Shown: positions 33,818 through 40,000 of the stretch, piece by piece | Numbering within the stretch: position 1 is the first letter of the stretch | Layout of the letters: the number at the start of each line of letters is the position of its first letter | Assembly: GCF_042846925.1 (NCBI RefSeq) | Contig: NZ_BAABYQ010000001.1 | Coordinates: 1,542,826 to 1,582,825, forward strand | Direction of reading: 5' to 3' | DNA from: Dialister sp. i34-0019-2H8 | GTDB taxonomy: Bacteria; Bacillota; Negativicutes; Veillonellales; Dialisteraceae | Length of the DNA: 40,000 nt | Notes under the pieces: model-generated | Seen by the model: only the letters and a program-made list of their open reading frames with translations | What the model was told of the DNA's origin: nothing | The model's database searches: none | Translations under genes and position numbers: made by a program

Positions 33818-33951
33818 CCTGTACTCAATCCATTCCCGATACAGCTCACAGATCGTCCCGCAGCCACCACGTGGCTCTGTTGCCTTTTGTGGTGGCTGTT
33901 ACTGCCGCTGGCTGCGCAGCTTCTCGAAGAAATCTCTAACCTCTTCCTCCG

Positions 33952-34440
33952 TCATCCTTGTTTCTCCTTCTTCTCACGCCGGTGCGCCTCCTGCCAATAC
34001 CGCTTCTGACAGTCTACGCTGCAGTACTTCTGCTTTGCGGTGTTCGGTTGAAACAAGTGACCACACTCCACACAGAGCCTTGGCTTGTATATCTTCCCAC
34101 AAAGAGACTGCCTTTTCTTCCGTTTTCGCTCGAGCGCGTGTTTCTTCTTCTCTGCCGTGTCGCTTGCCTCGGAGTACTTCAAGAGGATGACCGCGCCTGG
34201 ATAGTCGTCTGCCTCCCACCCGCGGTCAGAAAGCTGACGCGCCTTCGTCCAGAAGGCAGCGCTTGCCATCCACTCCAGATCGAAGTGCTCTCGCTCGCTG
34301 GGCATGATCCCGACATGTCCCCGTGCGTCGCTCTCGATCACCATGAAAAGGTAACCTTTTGTAAGCATGCCAGGCCTCAGGGTATCCTTCGCCAGCAGGA
34401 GCTCGGTCACTCTGGCTCCCTTTCGGAAATAGAGGATCAT
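33952..34440 (-). CDS. hypothetical early protein with C-terminal zinc ribbon
   Basis: 162 aa, with ...CGKIYKPRLCVECGH...KYCSVDCQKRYW. Confidence 0.65.
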   Translation of the reverse strand: MILYFRKGARVTELLLAKDTLRPGMLTKGYLFMVIESDARGHVGIMPSEREHFDLEWMASAAFWTKARQLSDRGWEADDYPGAVILLKYSEASDTAEKKKHALERKRKKRQSLCGKIYKPRLCVECGHLFQPNTAKQKYCSVDCQKRYWQEAHRREKKEKQG

Positions 34441-34856
34441 ACTTTGGTCGCCTCTTTTCTTCCTGATGCTAGTGAGCTTGGGTGCTTAAACCGCACACCG
34501 GCTTCCTCAAATAAACACTGCCTCAGCTCCGCCGGCGTTACGAACCCTTTCTCTACTGTGTCGTAAAGTTCGAGACACATCTCAGCAAAGCGCTCTTCTC
34601 TGCCGTCTTTCTTCATAAGCTCGCCGAAGTGGTCGTGAATGACCATGACCGGGATCGCGATCAGTTCCTCGAATAGCCTTGATACAGCCTCATTTTTGGC
34701 ATGTGTCGCTAATTTTTCTGCTTCCTGTTGGACTGCCTGCGAGCACAAGTCTTTTAGATACTCCGGCTTGACCGTGAGTGTAGCGTTTTTGTTTTTTTGC
34801 CGCTCGATCTTCCTGCGTACTTGTCTGCTGAGCAGGGATCCGGTTGTGTCGATCAT
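34437..34856 (-). CDS. hypothetical early protein
   Basis: 139-aa ORF coupled by a 4-nt overlap to the next gene. Confidence 0.65.
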   Translation of the reverse strand: MIDTTGSLLSRQVRRKIERQKNKNATLTVKPEYLKDLCSQAVQQEAEKLATHAKNEAVSRLFEELIAIPVMVIHDHFGELMKKDGREERFAEMCLELYDTVEKGFVTPAELRQCLFEEAGVRFKHPSSLASGRKEATKV

Positions 34857-34868
34857 GATTATCTCCTC

Positions 34869-35303
34869 CTAACGCCATCCGTTTGCATTATCCATCTGGA
34901 AGACGTGCACCTGCAGCCCCGCGGGACGGGTTGTGTCTGCATAAACTTTTTTGCACTGAGTCAGAACTACTTGCTTATCGTCCTCATATGCGATGCCGTT
35001 CAGTCCGTCGAGTACGACTTTCAAGATGTTGTCAATGTCAGGCTTCCCCGGCGGAAGTTTCCCCGCCATCGCCTCTGCTTTCTTTGCCCGCGGCCATGAC
35101 TTCGGGATCGAAAAGACCGCCTCGATCACGACCATCACAGCCCCCTCGAAGCAGGGACCGTGCTGTGCTTCATAAGCCTCCGCGATCTGCCGTTCATAAG
35201 ACTTTGTTTTTCCCGGCGTGTAGACAGTCCCGCTTCGCGAAGAGAAGCGCGGTCTCGCTTTGCCCTGCACCTTCCCCGGCACGAAGAAATATACCATACT
35301 CAT
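34869..35303 (-). CDS. rusA: RusA-family Holliday junction resolvase
   Basis: GGAGGAAGCG lies before ATG 35303. MSMVYFFVPGKVQGKARPRF...YTPGKTKSYE...KPDIDNILKVVLDGLNGIAYEDDKQV are RusA motifs. Confidence 0.85.
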   Translation of the reverse strand: MSMVYFFVPGKVQGKARPRFSSRSGTVYTPGKTKSYERQIAEAYEAQHGPCFEGAVMVVIEAVFSIPKSWPRAKKAEAMAGKLPPGKPDIDNILKVVLDGLNGIAYEDDKQVVLTQCKKVYADTTRPAGLQVHVFQMDNANGWR

Positions 35304-35400
35304 CGCTTCCTCCTGAGTAACCATTCGACGGTGAGAAGGATGGAAGCAGTTGCCACCAGCGAGCCCGTCGGCACACCAATGAAGAACCACACCGTACTGT

Positions 35401-35625
35401 TCATGAGATCCTCCCTTCTTTCTTTAGTCTTTCCGCTCCCCGCGCTGCCATGGCGTCCACCTCTGTCTTTAAGATCACCAGGTCACGCATCACTCCCCGC
35501 TGGTCGTCCTGCAGGTCAGCGACGGCCAGCCAAAGATCCCCGATCTTCCCGAAAAGGAAAGCAATCGTCGCCAGCAGCCCCATCCCGACGATGCAGACGA
35601 AGAGCAGGACTTCCCACTCAGTCAT
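35401..35625 (-). CDS. small membrane protein (74 aa)
   Basis: N-terminal TM segment VLLFVCIVGMGLLATIAFLF, then a charged helix. Confidence 0.55.
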   Translation of the reverse strand: MTEWEVLLFVCIVGMGLLATIAFLFGKIGDLWLAVADLQDDQRGVMRDLVILKTEVDAMAARGAERLKKEGRIS

Positions 35626-35905
35626 GAGACCCCTCCATGTATCTATTCAGCACCTCTCTCATACGGATGACGCAGTGAGGGCATTCATCAAAGAAGAGCC
35701 ACTTATTCATTTTCTTACACATCATCTCGAGCATCTGCTCCAATTCATTTTTTGAATAGCTGAACACTGTCAGCTTTACAGCTTTCACTCGATCCGTACT
35801 GGACAAGTCCGCGTAGATATGCAGATGTCCATCTAAGTCCTTGTCGATATAGATTTCTTTCGGGTCCGTGACAATAGCCCCGTCTTCTGTCTGAATAATA
35901 ATCAT
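35618..35905 (-). CDS. hypothetical early protein (95 aa)
   Basis: GGAGAAATC lies before ATG 35905 (MIIIQTEDG...). ATGA overlap with the upstream stop. The longer track ORF start is unlikely. Confidence 0.55.
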   Translation of the reverse strand: MIIIQTEDGAIVTDPKEIYIDKDLDGHLHIYADLSSTDRVKAVKLTVFSYSKNELEQMLEMMCKKMNKWLFFDECPHCVIRMREVLNRYMEGSHD

Positions 35906-36144
35906 GATTTCTCCACTGTATAACCGTGAAACTCCATCCAATACTGATTCACTTCTCGCATTTTCATCAAAGCCTCTGCCTCGCTCTTGCACGGGAAGTC
36001 TTTGTTCGTCCATTTATCCTCCTTCTCAATGTAGCGATGCATCTGCAGCAATACTTTTTTCTTCGGCGTCCGCCCCGTCCGGTCCGTATAGCTCCGGATC
36101 GTCAGCTCGATGCGGTCAGCGCCCTTCACAAGATGGCTTCGCAT
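35902..36144 (-). CDS. hypothetical early protein (80 aa)
   Basis: GGAGGGAGG lies 6 nt before ATG 36144. It is the first gene after the operator-rich region. Confidence 0.55.
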   Translation of the reverse strand: MRSHLVKGADRIELTIRSYTDRTGRTPKKKVLLQMHRYIEKEDKWTNKDFPCKSEAEALMKMREVNQYWMEFHGYTVEKS

Positions 36145-36160
36145 GACTTACCTCCCTCCT

Positions 36161-36180
36161 AAAATACAGATCTGTATTTT
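36161..36180. promoter_or_regulatory. 20-bp perfect palindrome (operator candidate)
   Basis: AAAATACAGATCTGTATTTT, 17 nt upstream of the 36144 start. It is followed by a tandem TTTTTCTGAC x2 (36177-36196). Confidence 0.4.
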
Positions 36181-36204
36181 TCTGACTTTTTCTGACTGCT
36201 TACA

Positions 36205-36218
36205 AAATCAGCTGATTT
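36205..36218. promoter_or_regulatory. 14-bp perfect palindrome (operator candidate)
   Basis: AAATCAGCTGATTT, between the putative -10 and the 20-bp palindrome. Confidence 0.35.
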
Positions 36219-36221
36219 GCT

Positions 36222-36252
36222 ATCATAAAAAGATATGTCTAAATCCAGTCAA
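36222..36252 (-). promoter_or_regulatory. candidate early promoter
   Basis: Minus strand TTGACT (36252-36247), 19-nt spacer, TATGAT (36227-36222). The spacer is long. Confidence 0.3.
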
Positions 36253-36261
36253 CTCTTTTTA

Positions 36262-36332
36262 CGGTGAGTGAAGGGGTGGAAGGGGTGGGTGTGTATGTTA
36301 AGGAACACCCACCCTTACACCCCCATTCACCG
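36262..36332. repeat. long imperfect G-rich/C-rich inverted repeat with internal GAAGGGGTG tandem
   Basis: CGGTGAGTGAAGGGGTGGAAGGGGTGGGTG ...12 nt... CACCCACCCTTACACCCCCATTCACCG. No T-run follows on either strand. Confidence 0.5.
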
Positions 36333-36341
36333 CGTGAAATG

Positions 36342-36388
36342 AAACTAGACCATTCTATCTATATTTCTATATAGAGTTGGACTAGTTT
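36342..36388. repeat. nested inverted repeats just after the primase-helicase stop
   Basis: AAACTAGACCA / TGGACTAGTTT (1 mismatch) enclose CTATAT-TTCT-ATATAG. Confidence 0.4.
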
Positions 36389-36398
36389 ATGAACCACT

Positions 36399-38453
36399 TT
36401 AATGCCTTTCGTCTAGTCTTCGGATTCGAGCATTTTTCCCTGTCGTAATCTCATATACTTGAATCGGCTCGTTTGCTTGCTTCATGTATCGTTTAACCGT
36501 TGACACAGACACTTGCATCTCGTCCGCCAGATTGTTCTGATTCACTACATCCCCATTCGCTAAATGATGCTCCAGCGTTCGGATGAATTCTTCGTAGCGA
36601 TCATTTTTGTTCTGCGTCTGGGTGATGTTCCCCTTGACGCGGTTCCCTTCAATGCTGCCCTCGGTGCGCTTCGGATCGATATCAGGGGCGAGCGTGTGGA
36701 GCGGATACTGGAAGAGGATGGCTTTCGGCTTCGGCGTCTTGAATTCGCGAAGAATGCAGGTACAGCAGTAAGCGACATCGCACCCATACTGTTCCTTTTC
36801 CTCCTCTTTCAGCTCAATCGCCGTCAGGTCGATGATGGCATCTGCATCGCGGGAGAAGACTCCCGAACCGCTGCCGCGGTCGGTCGCTCGCTTGGCACCC
36901 TGCGCGCCCTTAGAGTGATGATGGCAGTAGATGACAGAGCATCCCAGCTCTCGGCAGATGTAGTCGAACTGATTCCCGAAGTACGCCATATCGCTGGCGG
37001 CATTTTCGTCACCCGTGATGACCTTGTAAATAGGGTCGACGATGATCGCCTCGAGATGCATATCCTTACACCGCCGGACGATGATCTTTGCCAGCTTATC
37101 CATCGGGAGCGCCTTGCCCCTGAGATCCCACACGATGAGATTGCTGGAGCTGGGGTGCATCGGCATGCCCTTTGCCCGATAGATGTGCTCCAGTCGATCG
37201 ATGAAAGACTTCTCGTCGATTTCCAGATTGATATAGAGGACTTTCCCCTTCCGGCATCTCCATCCCAGAAACTCACCGCCGGACGCAATGGCAAGTGCCA
37301 GTTGCATCAGCCAGAAAGACTTCCCCGCCTTCGAGGGGCCGGTCAGTATAGCCTTGTGCCCCAGACGGAGGATGCCGTCGATCAAGACCGGATTCAGAGG
37401 CGGCGGGTCATCGATGACCGTATTGAGCGGCAGGAAAGGCGGCAGGTCATCCTGCTGCTCCTCCGTCCATGCGAGCCATGCCAGATAGTCCTTCTGCCCC
37501 TGATGGACGCCGATCAGGAACTGCTTCTTGCCATTCCGCGTGACGCCCGGCATGCGGGACAGGCGAGACGGGTTCTTGTTCTGCTCGTCGACCTTGAAGC
37601 CGTTCTTATTGCAGATGTCGTAAATATGGGCGACGCGTTCATAGTATTCCTTCTGTGTCGCGGCGTCGACATGGACGATGGCATGCACCGACTTCCTGCC
37701 GGAGTAGACGATGGCAGCGCATGGCAGCTGCATCTGGCGGATGAGCGCCAGCTGCTGGCCGAGAGGCAGCGTGTCCGACTCCACCAGCGCATAGCGGAAA
37801 TCTGTCACATTCGCATTCTTAGCCCCTTCTCCGTCCAGCGGATTGATACGGATCCATGCCCCTGCCGCCTCATTCTGCAGGCTGCCGATGGCACTGGACA
37901 TCTTCCGAGAATGCTGCAGCGCCTCGACGATCTCTCCGCACGTCCGCTTACACTGGCCATTATCGACAGGCTTCCATTTCCCGTCCTTAGCCAGGAAGGA
38001 ATTCACTGCCAGCCCGACATACTCATCCGGCTTGAAGAGCGCCTGCAGATAGGAGATGAGGTCCCCTTTCTGGTCCCATTCCCCATCACTTGGCTCGCAG
38101 AAATCTTCCGGCTCGACCGTCGATGGATCGATCAGAAAATCGGAATCCGTGAAGGTGAACCCCGTCACGGTGTGAACCGGCCCTTCATGACGTCCGGAGG
38201 GCTTCCACCCGCCTTCCTTCGCCCACTGGGTGATGACGGCGCCGGTGACTGGTTGCTCGCGGTCTTCATGGAAAGACTGCCACTTCTTGACGCATTCCCC
38301 TTCATGGAACTTCCCGCCCCTGCGGCTCCACGCTTCCCAGACAGACAGGGGATAGCCCTCCTCCTGGAGAGCCATACCCACTTGGATCCATCGTTCATAG
38401 CTGTAGTCTGGGTCGATGAAGGCTAAGAGCGGCACTAGATCGATTTTGCTCAT
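36399..38453 (-). CDS. primase-helicase: PriCT-2-like N-terminus, AEP primase-polymerase-like core, RecA/AAA_25-like ATPase, C-terminal HTH
   Basis: ...YERWIQVGMALQEEG...WEAWSRRG...KKWQSF (PriCT-2-like). ...IVYSGRKSVHAIVHV (AEP-like). LTGPSKAGKSFWLMQLALAIASG (Walker A). C-terminal ...LADEMQVSVSTVKRYM. Confidence 0.9.
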   Translation of the reverse strand: MSKIDLVPLLAFIDPDYSYERWIQVGMALQEEGYPLSVWEAWSRRGGKFHEGECVKKWQSFHEDREQPVTGAVITQWAKEGGWKPSGRHEGPVHTVTGFTFTDSDFLIDPSTVEPEDFCEPSDGEWDQKGDLISYLQALFKPDEYVGLAVNSFLAKDGKWKPVDNGQCKRTCGEIVEALQHSRKMSSAIGSLQNEAAGAWIRINPLDGEGAKNANVTDFRYALVESDTLPLGQQLALIRQMQLPCAAIVYSGRKSVHAIVHVDAATQKEYYERVAHIYDICNKNGFKVDEQNKNPSRLSRMPGVTRNGKKQFLIGVHQGQKDYLAWLAWTEEQQDDLPPFLPLNTVIDDPPPLNPVLIDGILRLGHKAILTGPSKAGKSFWLMQLALAIASGGEFLGWRCRKGKVLYINLEIDEKSFIDRLEHIYRAKGMPMHPSSSNLIVWDLRGKALPMDKLAKIIVRRCKDMHLEAIIVDPIYKVITGDENAASDMAYFGNQFDYICRELGCSVIYCHHHSKGAQGAKRATDRGSGSGVFSRDADAIIDLTAIELKEEEKEQYGCDVAYCCTCILREFKTPKPKAILFQYPLHTLAPDIDPKRTEGSIEGNRVKGNITQTQNKNDRYEEFIRTLEHHLANGDVVNQNNLADEMQVSVSTVKRYMKQANEPIQVYEITTGKNARIRRLDERH

Positions 38454-38459
38454 AACCGT

Positions 38460-38945
38460 TTACCGTTCGGGCTTGTAGTACTTCTTGATGACATTGCGCG
38501 TGGTCTGCTTGCCGTTCCACTCGGACGTTTCATTATCGACCTCGAAGTCCCCTTCCTGCCCTACGGCGGTCGCCCAGAGCGGGTCATCTGCACCGCCGAT
38601 GCCGTTCTCTTTGAGCGCATCACCAAGACCGATGGCATCGAAGAAGCAGGCAAATTTCCACTTCTGATTGCTCTTGTAGACCAAGTAATCTGTAAGGCGT
38701 GTCTTTGTTCCGTCTTCGTGATGGATGTCCATCAGGATGGTCTTCATCAGTGTGTTATCCTTCTTCGTGAAGCCGGTCTGGCAGTCATAGACCACGAAGT
38801 GATAACGGCCTTTCGGGATGGGGTCAAAGAGACCTCCCTTCTCCTCGAAATCATCGTCCGTAAAATTAGAAAACCCGGTAACCACCATTGCCTTTTCCTT
38901 CTCGGTATCCGGTGTAGCATTTCCAAACTGTCCAAAATTCGGCAT
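38460..38945 (-). CDS. DUF669-like phage replication-module protein
   Basis: 161 aa between the AAA ATPase and the primase. ...PIPKGRYHFVVYDC... matches the pattern and synteny of DUF669 proteins. Confidence 0.7.
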   Translation of the reverse strand: MPNFGQFGNATPDTEKEKAMVVTGFSNFTDDDFEEKGGLFDPIPKGRYHFVVYDCQTGFTKKDNTLMKTILMDIHHEDGTKTRLTDYLVYKSNQKWKFACFFDAIGLGDALKENGIGGADDPLWATAVGQEGDFEVDNETSEWNGKQTTRNVIKKYYKPER

Positions 38946-39045
38946 AGTATGTTCCTCCTAAAATGTAAAATTTGTAACTTAATGTGTGAAAATTGAGGAA
39001 AAATCCCTCAAAATCATGATTACAAACAGAAATCGTGGTTATAGA

Positions 39046-40000
39046 CTAAAACGGAGTGCGGATGTTGTTCAGCACATAGTATTTGAATCCCGCCCATGTA
39101 TCGGGCTTGATGAGTGCTTCTACATAGTCCGCCGGGATCTTCGCCAGATTCTCGGCCTTCGCTGCGGGTTCATTGGGGTCTACTTCGCGGATCGCCTTCA
39201 GCAGCTCCCCCTCCGTGATCGGCGAAGGGTCCGCTTCCGATACGCCGAGCGCCATCAGACGCGCGAGCTCGTCATACACATTCGTGGGCGGGGCTGGCTT
39301 CGTTTCTGCGGGCTCCTCGGCCGCTTTAGGGGTGATTCCCTTCTGCACCTTCTTCTTCGCCTGATACGCCTTTTCCATGGTGGTTTTCGGCGGCGTGACA
39401 GGACGGGCGGGGATGATAGACTGGATTTCCTTGAAGTCGAAGTCCAGAATATCTGCGAGCCCGAAGCGGTTCTTAGCGTCTGCGAACGGCGTGTGCGTCG
39501 CGCGCATTCTCCGCTGGCCGCCTGCCGCCTTGCCTTTGCCGTCTGCGCCCTGCCGGATGATGACTTTGTAGTCCGCGAAGAGCAAGAGATCCGCCCACTC
39601 TTTGAGAAGAGCCCCCAGTGAATTGTTCTTGCTCCCGGGGAGCTTCATTTCCCAGTGGTCATAGCTCCCGGTATCATCCGGGCGGGTGACCGTCCGCTGC
39701 ATCGCGTGTGCCAGGAATACGACATTGAAGCCCATATTCACCAGCACCTCCGCATTGACCAAGAGCTTTGAGAATTCTTCGGCAAGGATCACATAGCCCT
39801 TGCCGTAGCCGAATTCTTCGATACTCTTCTTGCTGCCGTTTGCCTTGCAGATGTAGGCACTCGCCAGTTTTGCCGCCATATCCGCCGTATCGATGACGAT
39901 CGTCGAATAGGGAAGCGACGGGTCGCGCTGGATCTGATCCAGCGTGCCCATGAGAGCGGGCCAGTCCTGGATAGAGTCGATGCGATCGACATCCATCCGG
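39046..40000 (-). CDS. AAA_24/Sak4-like RecA-fold ATPase, N-terminus beyond window
   Basis: The frame is open to the window edge. ...YSTIVIDTADMAA...GYGKGYVILAEEF...NVVFLAHA... is the AAA_24 core. Confidence 0.8.
   Translation of the reverse strand, partial: RMDVDRIDSIQDWPALMGTLDQIQRDPSLPYSTIVIDTADMAAKLASAYICKANGSKKSIEEFGYGKGYVILAEEFSKLLVNAEVLVNMGFNVVFLAHAMQRTVTRPDDTGSYDHWEMKLPGSKNNSLGALLKEWADLLLFADYKVIIRQGADGKGKAAGGQRRMRATHTPFADAKNRFGLADILDFDFKEIQSIIPARPVTPPKTTMEKAYQAKKKVQKGITPKAAEEPAETKPAPPTNVYDELARLMALGVSEADPSPITEGELLKAIREVDPNEPAAKAENLAKIPADYVEALIKPDTWAGFKYYVLNNIRTPF

Noticed and set aside
33818-33951. Micro-ORF MTEEEVRDFFEKLRSQRQ, followed in frame after a TAA by QPPQKATEPRGGCGTICELYREWIEYRMK
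   Set aside because: It is too short and is interrupted by a stop with no downstream start codon. It could be a relic or a read-through gene, but nothing in the sequence supports calling it.
36564-38426. 620-aa + strand ORF, the longest + strand ORF in the window
   Set aside because: It lies exactly antisense to the primase-helicase gene, which has clear Walker A and PriCT-like motifs. Its translation is Arg/Leu/Asp-rich low-complexity sequence typical of a shadow frame, and it has no RBS.
1-40000. CRISPR arrays, rRNA/tRNA genes, and diversity-generating retroelement (RT plus TR/VR) near the fibre genes
   Set aside because: No regularly spaced short repeats and no cloverleaf-capable segments were seen in intergenic regions. 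There is no reverse-transcriptase-like ORF. Fibre-tip variation is explained by the inverted cassettes, not by adenine-specific TR/VR differences.

Overview
The window holds the 5' part of a host acyl-CoA (butyryl-CoA-like) dehydrogenase gene (2-1081, minus strand) and, from about 7.0 kb to the right edge, a PBSX-like myovirus prophage transcribed almost entirely on the minus strand. Reading right to left, the prophage order is: replication genes (AAA ATPase, DUF669-like, primase-helicase; 40000->36399), an operator-rich intergenic region, small early genes with RusA, a DUF1492-like late regulator, an AT-rich one-gene moron, terS/terL/portal/scaffold/capsid, a MuF head protein with a C-terminal toxin-like extension and small AT-rich morons, connectors/sheath/tube/frameshifting chaperone/tape measure/XkdP-U-like baseplate, the tail fibre, a + strand tyrosine recombinase, a lysis cassette, and a second fibre-like block. 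A decaying polymorphic-toxin island lies between the prophage end and the host gene (1.3-6.7 kb). It contains a short MuF protein fused to an anthrax-lethal-factor-like metallopeptidase, two start-less orphan toxin cassettes each preceded by the same 103-bp repeat and followed by a small ORF and a terminator, and an ISLre2-like IS inserted with a 9-bp duplication into the third repeat copy. The most interesting feature is at 13117-13760. The last ~80 codons of the tail-fibre gene are bounded by a 12-14 nt repeat, and two silent alternative fibre tips begin at inverted copies of that repeat on the opposite strand. The tyrosine recombinase gene lies beside them. Together this looks like a three-tip invertible (shufflon-like) host-range switch. 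The recombinase and one orphan toxin carry frameshifts at homopolymer runs, so either decay or homopolymer assembly error must be considered. No rRNA, tRNA, CRISPR array or reverse transcriptase was seen. All family assignments come from reading motifs by eye, not from searches.
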